This document shows positions 9,963-20,303 of a stretch of 64,000 nt of DNA, in pieces. The notes under the pieces are model-generated. The model was not told the origin of the DNA and ran no database searches. It was given only the letters and a program-made list of their open reading frames with translations. The translations under genes and the position numbers were made by a program. The stretch lies in IMG/VR virus record IMGVR_UViG_3300046532_001410. One strand, 5' to 3'. The stretch's first letter is position 1. Each line of letters opens with the position of its first letter. The DNA is from an uncultured virus (IMG/VR IMGVR_UViG_3300046532_001410) (lineage: Duplodnaviria > Heunggongvirae > Uroviricota > Caudoviricetes).

Positions 9963-11208
9963 ATTTAATCAAGTAAGTTTACACGACCCACCACCAGATA
10001 TTGCAGATATATATAAGGATGTCTCTGAAATAAATGAAATTGATAATCGTGGGTTTCCAATTTGTAGACCATTATTTAGTCATTCGAGTTTACCAGATGA
10101 GTTGGGGTTGAATATTGTTAAAAGAGCAGAGTTTGATTTTAAATCAGAGTTTAGTTACTATGTACACGTTCACCACAATCAGAAGTTATGGTCAAAACAT
10201 ATAAATTTAATTCCAAAAGAAGTATTAGATGGTGTGCGAGATGGTAATGGTTGGTTAATATTTGATAATACATTAGAAGGTCATAGAATTGATGGCGAAG
10301 AATTATTAATACCATTGTATATCAGTATTAATAGATTACAATTACCACACGATAAGATTGTATTTATAACAAATGATTTAGAAGCAGAGGATACACATAA
10401 AGAATTAGAAATACCAGATAAGATAAAGGTAATTTCATTCATGTGGAATGTTCACGATGTTAAGCGATTAGTTAAACATAAATTCTTACGGAGAAAAGTT
10501 AATATAAAACAAGAACTACAATATAAAGAAAAGCATATTAAAAAAATTAAACCTTTTCTAAAAGTTAATAGAACCAATAGAGAAGAACGAGATTTATTTA
10601 TGTTATTTATCGAACACGAGGATTTATACAAAAAATTTAAAATTAGTTTTCCACAATTTACAGAAGAAATATATAATTTAGCATTTAAAAAATATACTTC
10701 GATTAAAAATATTAAAGGGTTGATTGCTAAGATGCCATTTGATATTGATAAAACTGATAAAACAAATCACGGAAACCCAGGTTATGCTGTAGGTCAATTT
10801 AATGCAGATTTACCATTCCAACCTATGCATTATAAAAATACTTTTGTTAGTATTGTTATGTGTGCATTTCCACATACAGAAAAATGTTGTCATCTACATA
10901 GTTCTACTTTTAATCCAATTTATAGTGGTCATCCAATTATACAATTTGGTCCTTATAAATCATTAGAGAGAATGAGGAAACTTGGGTTTAAAACATTTGG
11001 AAATTGGTGGGATGAGAGTTATGATGATGAACCAATTGCTTGGAAAAGATTGCAAATGATTATGGATTTAACTTTAAAATTAAGTAAACTTGATAATACT
11101 GAATGGATGGGAATATTATGGGATATGAGTAAGATTTTACAACATAATGTTGAGTTAATTAATAATTATAATATAGAGACTGGGTTATACGATAGGATAT
11201 ATAAATGA
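9943..11208 (+). CDS. Hypothetical protein, possible GT-B-like glycan-modifying enzyme
   Basis: Long ORF with C-terminal HPIIQFG...LGFKTFGNWWDESYD; function inferred only from context. Confidence 0.45.
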   Translation: MIALIDRFNQVSLHDPPPDIADIYKDVSEINEIDNRGFPICRPLFSHSSLPDELGLNIVKRAEFDFKSEFSYYVHVHHNQKLWSKHINLIPKEVLDGVRDGNGWLIFDNTLEGHRIDGEELLIPLYISINRLQLPHDKIVFITNDLEAEDTHKELEIPDKIKVISFMWNVHDVKRLVKHKFLRRKVNIKQELQYKEKHIKKIKPFLKVNRTNREERDLFMLFIEHEDLYKKFKISFPQFTEEIYNLAFKKYTSIKNIKGLIAKMPFDIDKTDKTNHGNPGYAVGQFNADLPFQPMHYKNTFVSIVMCAFPHTEKCCHLHSSTFNPIYSGHPIIQFGPYKSLERMRKLGFKTFGNWWDESYDDEPIAWKRLQMIMDLTLKLSKLDNTEWMGILWDMSKILQHNVELINNYNIETGLYDRIYK

Positions 11209-11630
11209 ACGACAATTGGTTAAATAATAAATTTAATATAATTAAAGTTAGTAATTTTAAAACAAAGTGGAAACTACTACCTATAAATTATACAATACAT
11301 ACGGATACACTAACTAAATCTGCATTTAATATCAGACAATATGAACTTGAAAATGATGAAGTTTTTAGTGGTAATTTTATTTTAAATAAATTAGTAACTG
11401 ATAGTTGGATAGAAAAAGTATCAAAACTACCATTAGATGATAATAGTATTTATGTTAATAATTTTCTTAATTCAAATCACGCCAGTAAATGTAGTGTTGA
11501 TGAAAGAATAATGTATTGTGGTTCTTTTGTATTGTGGTTGTTATCAAATTTTAGTAGAACCGAACATTCGTTGTATGCTAATTTGAGGAGACATAGAATA
11601 ACATTAAAACGAATAGGAGATTATGTATGA
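11205..11630 (+). CDS. Hypothetical protein
   Basis: 141-aa ORF coupled by ATGA overlaps on both sides. Confidence 0.6.
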   Translation: MNDNWLNNKFNIIKVSNFKTKWKLLPINYTIHTDTLTKSAFNIRQYELENDEVFSGNFILNKLVTDSWIEKVSKLPLDDNSIYVNNFLNSNHASKCSVDERIMYCGSFVLWLLSNFSRTEHSLYANLRRHRITLKRIGDYV

Positions 11631-12400
11631 AAAATTATGATACAATAGTTGGTGTTGGTTGTAGTTTTATGAATGGTGATGCCATATCAGATAAAGATGG
11701 AGTTGCACTGACACCTTTACATAAAATGAGACCGGCAATATTTTTATCTGAAAAATTAAATTGCAATGAAGTAAATCTTGCAGCTACAGGTTCATCCAAC
11801 GATGGTATGTTTCGTAGAATATATAATTGGGTAGAAGATAATAAAAATAAAAAAACATTAATGATTATTGGACTAAGTGGTACGGCCCGTTATCCAATAT
11901 GGAATAGGTGGAGAAACCGATGGTTTGAAATACATCCTGCACATATAAATTCTTATGATGATACAGCATTAACTAAAGTAAATAAAGATATAACAAATGG
12001 TCTTGGTGAAGTTAACGAATTAAGAAACTGGCAAAAGTATTATATTAAATGGATTTATAATCAAGAACAAGAAGATAGTAAATTACAAAGAAATGTTATG
12101 ATGTTACATTATTACCTTAAAGGAAATAATATTGATTATTATATATTTAATTCTTTAGAAGATAGTTTGGGTGATATCAAAGATAAGATAAATTACATTT
12201 CATTTAAAAAGCCTGAGATTGATTCGTGGTATAGGTATTTACGATATGAAATGCAAGAGGTAGATAATAATAACTTTAGGGAATCTGATAAATATAGAAG
12301 CCCTAAACCACCATATGGTAGACAATTTTGTAATGGGCATCCATCACCAAGAGCACAAGAAAAATTAGCAGAACGGATTTATAAGGAATTAGATAAATGA
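11627..12400 (+). CDS. SGNH/GDSL-like protein
   Basis: GCSFMNG, GSSNDGMFRR and C-terminal GHPS. Confidence 0.68.
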   Translation: MKNYDTIVGVGCSFMNGDAISDKDGVALTPLHKMRPAIFLSEKLNCNEVNLAATGSSNDGMFRRIYNWVEDNKNKKTLMIIGLSGTARYPIWNRWRNRWFEIHPAHINSYDDTALTKVNKDITNGLGEVNELRNWQKYYIKWIYNQEQEDSKLQRNVMMLHYYLKGNNIDYYIFNSLEDSLGDIKDKINYISFKKPEIDSWYRYLRYEMQEVDNNNFRESDKYRSPKPPYGRQFCNGHPSPRAQEKLAERIYKELDK

Positions 12401-13215
12401 GAATGGCAGTTTTATTAAGTGGTCAATTAAGACAATGGGAGTTGGCTGTAGATAATCAGAAGTGGTTTTGGGAATCTGCAGAACAAAATGGTGTAACTGA
12501 AATAGATTATTTTATACACACTTGGAGTTATAGTGCTGATAGAGCAGGAGTATCACACGAGTATGAATGGAAAGATATTGATAAGGAAGAATTTCAGAAA
12601 ATATGTGATGCATATGAAGTTAAAGATTCTATGTATGATACAAAACCACAATCTTGGTTTTATGATTACGACCATTGGAGTGCTTTATTTTATAGTTTTT
12701 CTCAATCAGTAATGATGAAGCGTAAATATGAATTGAAACATAATTTTGAATATGATATTGTAATAAAATCACGACCAGACGTAGTTTTTAATCCAAAGCG
12801 AACTGCGTGGTTAGAAACACCATTGTGGGATAATCATTTGTATTCTACACACGGCGGAGAAATGGGACATGAATTTGGAATGTTCAATATAGATGATTGT
12901 GTATTTTATTCTAATTCGTACACTATGGATATTATGAGTAATATGTATCAGTACAGACAAAAGAATCTTGATTGTAGATATAATAAAGAGGGATTGCCTG
13001 ATAAAGAAACATTATGTACCCAACAACTTGGGCCTGGAGTTTTAATGCACGAGTATTGTAGGGATTATGGGATAACACCAATAATAACTTCATCTCATAG
13101 GTCACACTTTCAACCTACTTTATTAAAACTTGGTTGCCCAACAGATTTAGATTTATTTAAAGTACGACAATTTAATAAAATGGAAAAGTACTTTAGGGAG
13201 TTTTACACTAAATGA
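12397..13215 (+). CDS. Putative glycosyltransferase-like protein (SGQxR...HTW...RPD type)
   Basis: AVLLSGQLR, DYFIHTW and YDIVIKSRPD; similar pattern in 18646..19320. Confidence 0.5.
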   Translation: MRMAVLLSGQLRQWELAVDNQKWFWESAEQNGVTEIDYFIHTWSYSADRAGVSHEYEWKDIDKEEFQKICDAYEVKDSMYDTKPQSWFYDYDHWSALFYSFSQSVMMKRKYELKHNFEYDIVIKSRPDVVFNPKRTAWLETPLWDNHLYSTHGGEMGHEFGMFNIDDCVFYSNSYTMDIMSNMYQYRQKNLDCRYNKEGLPDKETLCTQQLGPGVLMHEYCRDYGITPIITSSHRSHFQPTLLKLGCPTDLDLFKVRQFNKMEKYFREFYTK

Positions 13216-14111
13216 AAATAGCATTCTTTGTTTGTTCTAACGGGTATGGGCATTTCCATCGAATTTTGCAGGTCTGTGCACACTTTATTCATCACGAGGT
13301 GGATATCTATTGCGAACGATACCAGTACAATAGATTTAAACCTAAGCAACCAAACTTAAATTTTATTTTTTATGAAACATCCAATATACGATGGGATAGA
13401 AAGGAAATTGGTTCACTTAATGTAGGAGATTTAGATAAATACGATAAAGTAATTACTGATAATTTAGTAGAAGTATTGAAATATAGACCAGATGCAATCT
13501 TTAGTGGTTCTTTTTTATGGAGTGATGTGTGGAGAGATAGATTTGGTGATAATGAATTTTCAAACAAACAAGATAAACTATTTAATGATATAAAACCAAA
13601 GGTTATTTGTAATGGAGATGTTGTTTTTGGACAATTAGTAGATTATGAAAATAAAATTGATATTGGTTGGGGTTGTACAGATAAAAGTGAGTACGATTAT
13701 ACTTTAGATACTTTAGTTTGTGTTACACCATCTTTAAATTATACTGATGCATATACTGATAAGTTTTTAGAAATACGAAATGATTATCAAAATGATGTTG
13801 ATTTTAGTTTTAATATTAATCATACAAAAAATTCAATGTTTATAATACGACCTGGGTTGGGAATGATAACCACTTGTGTATCACATAGAATACCAATAGT
13901 GGCATTGTGGGATGAAGATGACTCAATTGAAATACAACACTTAGCACATAAAGTAGAGGAGTTAGGAATAGGAATCTCATTAAATGTTAAGGATGATTTC
14001 ATATTACCAACAGATGTTACAAAATTCAGAGAATCATTTAAAAAATTAAATTTGAATGGGTATTTAAAATTTGCGGGTATGATATATGCAGTTGGAGATA
14101 GTAATGGTTAA
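13212..14111 (+). CDS. GT-B fold glycosyltransferase (MurG/PseG-like)
   Basis: N-terminal SNGYGHFHR; C-terminal RPGLGMI...IP...E...LGIG. Confidence 0.65.
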   Translation: MKIAFFVCSNGYGHFHRILQVCAHFIHHEVDIYCERYQYNRFKPKQPNLNFIFYETSNIRWDRKEIGSLNVGDLDKYDKVITDNLVEVLKYRPDAIFSGSFLWSDVWRDRFGDNEFSNKQDKLFNDIKPKVICNGDVVFGQLVDYENKIDIGWGCTDKSEYDYTLDTLVCVTPSLNYTDAYTDKFLEIRNDYQNDVDFSFNINHTKNSMFIIRPGLGMITTCVSHRIPIVALWDEDDSIEIQHLAHKVEELGIGISLNVKDDFILPTDVTKFRESFKKLNLNGYLKFAGMIYAVGDSNG

Positions 14112-14910
14112 TTATTGGTTTAATACATTTAAACATTTAAATTCGTTTGATATAGTTTCTTATCAAGATATGATAGATTTATATTTAAAAAATCAATCTT
14201 TATTAGAGCAGAGTGGTAAAGAAAAACTTGGTGGGGAGAATGAACGACCAGTTAATTCAGATGTAGAAGAAGTTGACCATGAAGGATTTTGGTTGGGATA
14301 TAATCCACGATATTATAATATTAATCCATATGGGGATAAAGTTACACAGGCAAAGGCAGATGTAGTATCTATGGATATGGTAGGGTTAAATAAATCATGG
14401 AAAGATTTTATCTATTTAGAAATACCAAGTTGGTTGTTTAATAAATACCAAACTGCAGTTCATTCGAATCGTGATGTAACTTATTTTAGAGAGTTTATGA
14501 CTGAAGTTGATACTACGGATTTATCACGAGATGTGGTTTTAAATTTAGTTGATGAATATGATACGAAATATAAAAATGTTGGAAAGTATATTGATTATTT
14601 TGGAGATTGGGCTGACCCGGCTTGGAGATTAGATTTAGATGTTGGTCAATACATTTCAATAAAAGAAAATGGCTTAATCTATCCTATAATGTTTAATAGT
14701 AGAACACACGCATTTAGTAGAGGAACACATAGAGCATTATTTCTTGCTCATACTAAAAGTAATGTTCCTTTTATTCTACAACACCCAAAAAATAAAAGAA
14801 AATGGGAAGTTGAGTTAGCAGAAAATTTTGATGAGAAGAATATAACTATGAGAATAAATTTAGATAAAAAATCTTTGAAGTTTTATAGAGAGGGAAAAAA
14901 ATTAGTATGA
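14104..14910 (+). CDS. Hypothetical protein with ParB/Sulfiredoxin-like motif
   Basis: SIKENGLIYPI...RGTHRA; GGAG before ATG 14104. Confidence 0.5.
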   Translation: MVNYWFNTFKHLNSFDIVSYQDMIDLYLKNQSLLEQSGKEKLGGENERPVNSDVEEVDHEGFWLGYNPRYYNINPYGDKVTQAKADVVSMDMVGLNKSWKDFIYLEIPSWLFNKYQTAVHSNRDVTYFREFMTEVDTTDLSRDVVLNLVDEYDTKYKNVGKYIDYFGDWADPAWRLDLDVGQYISIKENGLIYPIMFNSRTHAFSRGTHRALFLAHTKSNVPFILQHPKNKRKWEVELAENFDEKNITMRINLDKKSLKFYREGKKLV

Positions 14911-15464
14911 GTACCCGATATTTAAAACAAGATAAATCTATATTGGTTGGAGTTGCAAAGAATGGTAGTCAATCAATAAAACAAATTTATTTAAGATACG
15001 ATGGATTCCAACTTAGAGAACAACAAGGACGGGATTGGAATGCAGATAATTTTATAGATTGGAATGATAGTGATTTACAAATACTAATACCTATTAGAAC
15101 AGAGAAGGAAAGGGCATGGAGTGAGTTATTAGAGTGGGGAGAGGATATAGATGTAACTAAACCTTTCTATCCAAAGTTAGATTATTTTCAAAACGATGTA
15201 ATGAGATTTTTCATAACTGATATTATATTTAACGAAAATTGGACTGGTGCAAAAGTAAAATTTTTTGATTTGAAAAAATTATCTACTCACATACCAAAAT
15301 ACTTAGGATGGGATATTGAAATACCATATTACAATACAGCAAAAGAAAAAGATAGAAAAGTTGAGTTGATGGAAGAGTTAAAGGATGTAGAAATAATTAC
15401 ATCTAAATTTAAAGAAGCATTTTCTAAAGGATTAAAAAAAAGTAAATATTGGATAAACTTATGA
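14907..15464 (+). CDS. Putative sulfotransferase-family protein (divergent)
   Basis: VAKNGSQSIK and IRTEKERAWS resemble the PK.gstS and R.P..R..S motifs. Confidence 0.45.
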   Translation: MSTRYLKQDKSILVGVAKNGSQSIKQIYLRYDGFQLREQQGRDWNADNFIDWNDSDLQILIPIRTEKERAWSELLEWGEDIDVTKPFYPKLDYFQNDVMRFFITDIIFNENWTGAKVKFFDLKKLSTHIPKYLGWDIEIPYYNTAKEKDRKVELMEELKDVEIITSKFKEAFSKGLKKSKYWINL

Positions 15465-16120
15465 AAACACTAGCAGGAATTATACACGCAAGAAAAACAA
15501 GTACAAGATGTCCAAATAAACATCTACGACCATTGGGGAATACAACATTGATTGATATTGCATTGGAAAATCTAAGTAAGTTAGATGTTGATGAAAAGTA
15601 TTTAGCAGTTTATGATAAAGAATTAAAAGATAAAGTAATTGATGGTGTACAAATACTACATAGAGATTATGAATCAATTGCACCAGGTAATTGTCATCAT
15701 TCGGTAATGTATAAACATTTAGAAAATGTAGAATCAGAATTTATTGTAAACTATAATCCATGTCAACCATTTTTAGAAGTTGATAAGTTAAATCATTGTA
15801 TAAGAGTTTTTAAAGAAAGTAGAATGAAGAGTATGATTACAGTCCAAAAAGAAAGAAACTTCTTTTGGGATAAAACTCGTAATCCAATAAACTTCAAACC
15901 TAATGATAGATTATCTACAACTGCAGGACCGTGGGTTTATTCCGCTACACACTCTTTAGTATTTTATGAAAAAGATTATATGTTATCTGAATGGGAATTA
16001 TTTGCAAACACAAAAGATAATCCATTTCCACTTATAACAGATTGGAGTGAAAAAGAATTGTTAGATGTAGATACAGAAACAGATTTTGAAATAGTTCGAG
16101 GATACTATGAACAATCTTAA
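15461..16120 (+). CDS. CMP-sialic/nonulosonic acid synthetase-like cytidylyltransferase (NeuA family)
   Basis: IIHARKTSTRCPNKHLRPLG and C-terminal DVDTETDF. Confidence 0.82.
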   Translation: MKTLAGIIHARKTSTRCPNKHLRPLGNTTLIDIALENLSKLDVDEKYLAVYDKELKDKVIDGVQILHRDYESIAPGNCHHSVMYKHLENVESEFIVNYNPCQPFLEVDKLNHCIRVFKESRMKSMITVQKERNFFWDKTRNPINFKPNDRLSTTAGPWVYSATHSLVFYEKDYMLSEWELFANTKDNPFPLITDWSEKELLDVDTETDFEIVRGYYEQS

Positions 16121-16895
16121 ATTTAAACATTATAAAAAATTTAAATCTTTTGATGAAATTAAATTTCCTGATTTATTAAAATTAGTACATAAATCAAAGG
16201 ATATGTTATTAAACGATGGATGGGAATTAGGACACGAAAATCAAGTTCTTGATGTGATAGATAGAGGGGATAAATACCAATTTACTAAAATACGATTTAC
16301 ACATCCCAAATCAAGAAACTCAGAAGAGAAATTAAATATAACACTTGATATACAACATAAAACTATGTTTAAAGATTCTTACCATAATGGAACATATGCG
16401 TTTATTGAAATACCAAATAAGCTTTTAAAAAAATATGTAACTCAATTTAATCACAATACAGATACTACAATTTTACATAAATTTTTAGATGAAGTTGATT
16501 GGGATGGTGATTGGTTGGGGTTACGAGATAAGTATGATAAACGATATCCACAAAAACACAAAACAAATAAATCAGAAGAGTTTTCTTGGAGAGCAAATTT
16601 TAGTGTAGAGTGGTTTTTAAGTATTAAGAACGATGGTTTAATATCACCATTATTTAAGTTACAAGACAATACCGATATTTTTAATAGGGGTTCACATAGA
16701 GCTTGGATACTTGGTAAATTGGGATACGGGTTTCCAATTTTTGTTCCAAGATTTAATGATAAACTAACATTGAAAATATTTACATCTTGGTATAAGTGGG
16801 GTAGTGATGTATTCTTAGAAATAGATTATATTAATAAAGAATTAAATGTTTACGATGAGGATAAAGAAATATTAGACACTTATAAATGTGATTGA
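16107..16895 (+). CDS. Hypothetical protein with ParB/Srx-like motif (paralogue of 14104..14910)
   Basis: FIEIP, SIKNDGLISPL...RGSHRA. Confidence 0.5.
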   Translation: MNNLKFKHYKKFKSFDEIKFPDLLKLVHKSKDMLLNDGWELGHENQVLDVIDRGDKYQFTKIRFTHPKSRNSEEKLNITLDIQHKTMFKDSYHNGTYAFIEIPNKLLKKYVTQFNHNTDTTILHKFLDEVDWDGDWLGLRDKYDKRYPQKHKTNKSEEFSWRANFSVEWFLSIKNDGLISPLFKLQDNTDIFNRGSHRAWILGKLGYGFPIFVPRFNDKLTLKIFTSWYKWGSDVFLEIDYINKELNVYDEDKEILDTYKCD

Positions 16896-16902
16896 TATTT
16901 AT
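16895..16902 (+). promoter_or_regulatory. ATATTTAT motif, putative late promoter
   Basis: Lies in a short intergenic gap, 5 nt before ATG 16908; the same motif recurs before many structural genes. Confidence 0.5.
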
Positions 16903-16907
16903 TATTA

Positions 16908-17219
16908 ATGAAATATGTTATAGATATAGATGGTACGATTTGTGAAGAAGTTGGAAAGGTTATTGGAAGAACACCTTACACACATAGAATCAAGCAAATA
17001 AATAAATTATATGATGAAGGTCATACGATTGTATTTTATACTGCAAGAGGTTTGAAAAGTGGTAGAGGTGAAAAACATTACCGACCAATTACAGAATACC
17101 AATTAGAAGAGTGGGGTTGTAAGTATCACGATTTGTGGTTTAAGGAACACGATGCTACACACTACATAGATGATAAAGCATTAAGACCAGAGGAGTTCTT
17201 TGATGATACAGAATGGTGA
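16908..17219 (+). CDS. Small HAD-superfamily phosphatase (capsule-biosynthesis type)
   Basis: IDIDGTIC, YTARG and YIDDKA. Confidence 0.82.
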   Translation: MKYVIDIDGTICEEVGKVIGRTPYTHRIKQINKLYDEGHTIVFYTARGLKSGRGEKHYRPITEYQLEEWGCKYHDLWFKEHDATHYIDDKALRPEEFFDDTEW

Positions 17220-17934
17220 GTATGAGAATACTTCAGTTAAATATTGGACAGATTCGTGGACAGATTTAGAATCATTTGATTTAATCTCAACAGAAGAAGT
17301 GTATGAAAGATATCTCGATAGTTTTAAAAAACTTGATAAATTAAAAGATACCTATTCTGATGAAGTATTAAAAAAAAGAATAAGTGGTTGGAATCATATA
17401 ATACCTGGTAGTCCAATTGATATAGCAAAAAGATATTATTTAGAAAATCCAAAATATTTTGAAATGTTATATCTTGAAATACCATATCAATTTTATTTTG
17501 ATTATATGAGTGATTGGTTAAATGGAATTCCATTTAAAGGTGTAAAAGAAGGTCATCCATCAGTTAGTTTAGATGATGTAAAAGAACATATAAAAAACAA
17601 TACTAAGTGGAGTATGGATGGTAGAGATGATGGTAGAAGTTATCATCAATATGAAACTTTTAAAAAGTATGGAGTTTTAAATCCAATCTTTAATAACGGA
17701 TTAGAATATCCTAAAAGAAGTACTCATATGACAGCAGATGCATTTTTGACAAAAAGTGATGTACCAATCTTATTTCAGTATCCAATTGGAAATCCAACAA
17801 AATTTAAAGTAGAACCAAATAAAATAGAAGAACCATATTTTAAAAATAAGTATCTAAGTTTAGAAATAGATATTGATAAAAAGATAGTAGATTTCTTTTT
17901 AGAAGATGAACATATAGGAGCATATGCAGGATGA
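17203..17934 (+). CDS. Hypothetical protein, divergent paralogue of the ParB/Srx-like genes
   Basis: YLEIP, FKKYGVLNPI...RSTHM and LEIDIDKK shared with 14104 and 16107; AGGAG upstream. Confidence 0.45.
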   Translation: MIQNGEYENTSVKYWTDSWTDLESFDLISTEEVYERYLDSFKKLDKLKDTYSDEVLKKRISGWNHIIPGSPIDIAKRYYLENPKYFEMLYLEIPYQFYFDYMSDWLNGIPFKGVKEGHPSVSLDDVKEHIKNNTKWSMDGRDDGRSYHQYETFKKYGVLNPIFNNGLEYPKRSTHMTADAFLTKSDVPILFQYPIGNPTKFKVEPNKIEEPYFKNKYLSLEIDIDKKIVDFFLEDEHIGAYAG

Positions 17935-18656
17935 GACAAAATTTTAATATTGTAGTACCAATGGCAGGTAGAGGTTCAAGATTTACTGAAAATGGTTATA
18001 CAGATTCAAAACCATTTATTGATGTGAATGGAAAACCAATGATACAGAGAGTAATTGAAAATCTTAATATAGAGTTTGATGACCAGTATGAGTTTGTAAT
18101 AATTTGTTTACGAGAAGATTATGATAAATATGATTTTAGTATCTTTGATGATATCATCGGACATGAAAATTGGGAAGTGATTTGTTTACCAGATGTAACA
18201 GAAGGTGCTGCACAAACAATGTTATCTGCACGACAATATTATGATAATGATACACCAATGTTGAGTTTTAACACCGACCAAATGATTGATTATAATTTGA
18301 ATATGTGGGATAACTTTCAAAAGTTTGATGGTGGCATTCCTTGTTTTAAAGGAGATAGTGAAGATTGGAGTTATGCTAAATGTGGTCAAGATGGTTATGT
18401 AGAAGAGGTAGCAGAAAAGAAAGTTATCTCAAACAATGCAACTGCTGGATATTATTATTGGAGTGAGGGTAGAGATTTTGTTAAGTATGCAAAACAAATG
18501 ATTGAAGAGAATAGCAGAACCAATGGAGAGTTCTATGTTGCACCAGTTTATAATTGGGCAATAAAAGATGGTAAGAAAATTGGAATCTATATGGTTGATG
18601 AAATATATGAATTAGGAACACCAGAGTATTTGGAGAATTACCTTAGTGATAAATAA
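17931..18656 (+). CDS. Sugar-nucleotidyltransferase-like protein (paralogue of the C-terminal half of 7856..9223)
   Basis: VPMAGRGSRF...KPFIDV, NTDQ, EFYVAPVYN and GTPEYL. Confidence 0.85.
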   Translation: MRQNFNIVVPMAGRGSRFTENGYTDSKPFIDVNGKPMIQRVIENLNIEFDDQYEFVIICLREDYDKYDFSIFDDIIGHENWEVICLPDVTEGAAQTMLSARQYYDNDTPMLSFNTDQMIDYNLNMWDNFQKFDGGIPCFKGDSEDWSYAKCGQDGYVEEVAEKKVISNNATAGYYYWSEGRDFVKYAKQMIEENSRTNGEFYVAPVYNWAIKDGKKIGIYMVDEIYELGTPEYLENYLSDK

Positions 18657-19320
18657 AAAAAGAATTGCTATATGTTTATTTGGTCAAACACGAACATATC
18701 AAGTTATAAACGAAGTATATAAAAACTTAAATGAAAATCCACATTTAGAAATAGATTTTTTTGTTTCTACTTGGGATGATTTTGAAGATAAAAGACCATT
18801 TGATTTTTTTACCACAGCAGAATTTATTACTCCAGATATTATAAAGTTTAAAAATAATACTGATAGGGCATCATATACTATTCACAGAGTAAATTTACTA
18901 AAAACTATACACGAAGTCAATAATAATTTTATTTATGATTATGTTTTATGGACAAGGGGTGAAATATATTTTGAAAAAGAACATCTATTAGAACTTTTAA
19001 ATAAAAAAAGTAATAATCACGGAGATTATGAAATTAACACTCATAGTGGGATAGAGAAAAAAGATGGTCATCCTTATTTACCAGCAGATTATTATTTTCT
19101 CGGTACATCATTATCATTTGATTTATATGCAACTGGTTGGAAATCATATTTTAATGGCATAAATAGACTATCTAAAGTTGATAGTAACTCTGAGGTAGTT
19201 GGTACTCACGGCGGACACAATTATCACGCATATGTAATTGAAGAAAATTATTTAGATTTAAAAGTAGAAAATCTTACACACAAATTTCAGTTTAGTAAAC
19301 TACACAAAAGAGAAGTATGA
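18646..19320 (+). CDS. Putative glycosyltransferase-like protein (paralogue of 12397..13215)
   Basis: IAICLFGQTR, DFFVSTW and YDYVLWTR. Confidence 0.45.
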   Translation: MINKKRIAICLFGQTRTYQVINEVYKNLNENPHLEIDFFVSTWDDFEDKRPFDFFTTAEFITPDIIKFKNNTDRASYTIHRVNLLKTIHEVNNNFIYDYVLWTRGEIYFEKEHLLELLNKKSNNHGDYEINTHSGIEKKDGHPYLPADYYFLGTSLSFDLYATGWKSYFNGINRLSKVDSNSEVVGTHGGHNYHAYVIEENYLDLKVENLTHKFQFSKLHKREV

Positions 19321-19367
19321 TTAATATAGCAGTAATGTTAAATTGGTTTAATAGGACACCTAAGTAA

Positions 19368-20303
19368 ATGTCTAAACCAATAACATACGCATATTTAGAA
19401 ACTACAAACTATTGTAATTTAGATTGTAGTTTTTGTAATCGTACTGATGTCATCGGTCCACTAAAACATATGAGTTTAGAGAATTGGGGTAAGTTGCTCG
19501 ATGGTATAAAACATCATCCAATTGAAGAAGCAAAACTTATGGGTATGGGTGAACCAATGTTACATCCAAACTTTGATGAAGTGTGTAAAATGTTTAAAGA
19601 TGTTTTTCCAAATACAAAACTTATTGTTGCATCCAATTGTCAATATAATATAAAAGAGGGGTTGGAGTTCAGAAGAAAATATCAAGAGTGTATGAAGTAT
19701 ATCGATATATTATATTTTTCAATTGATGGGTATAAAGAACACTATGAACGAGATAGAGCACCCGCAAAGTGGGATAAGTTGTTAAAGTTTTTAGAAGATT
19801 TTAAAACAATTAATCGATATGATTGTGAGGTAGTTGTAAATTATGTTGTAAATGCATACAATGTAGATGATATTGAAAAGGTAGATGAGTTACGAGAAGA
19901 AAATAACTTAGGAAAGTTAAGATTAAACATCGCACAAATATGGGACGAAGATACAAGTATTACTTCAGACATAGCAACATCAGGTTATACAAAACAACAA
20001 TTGGATTACTTGAAAACAAAATGGCGTGGAAATATTATGGGTAAATCAAAATGGGATTTCCCAGATTGTTTTTGGGTACAGAATGGATTATACACTACAG
20101 TCGAGGGACATGTCAAAATGTGTTGTTTGAATACGGGTGCTGAACCATTTGGTAATTTATTTGCAAACTCTATAGATGAGATTAGAGAACTGGAAGATTT
20201 TAAAAATGTAAAAAAAGGTTGTGAAACAAACAACCCAACATCACATTGTAAGAATTGTTCTTATAAAGAGTTATCACCGATGTTAAAATACTTGGGGGTG
20301 TAA
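19368..20303 (+). CDS. Radical SAM protein with SPASM domain
   Basis: CNLDCSFC and GMGEPMLHP; C-terminal C...G.VKMCC...FGNL...CKNC. Confidence 0.92.
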   Translation: MSKPITYAYLETTNYCNLDCSFCNRTDVIGPLKHMSLENWGKLLDGIKHHPIEEAKLMGMGEPMLHPNFDEVCKMFKDVFPNTKLIVASNCQYNIKEGLEFRRKYQECMKYIDILYFSIDGYKEHYERDRAPAKWDKLLKFLEDFKTINRYDCEVVVNYVVNAYNVDDIEKVDELREENNLGKLRLNIAQIWDEDTSITSDIATSGYTKQQLDYLKTKWRGNIMGKSKWDFPDCFWVQNGLYTTVEGHVKMCCLNTGAEPFGNLFANSIDEIRELEDFKNVKKGCETNNPTSHCKNCSYKELSPMLKYLGV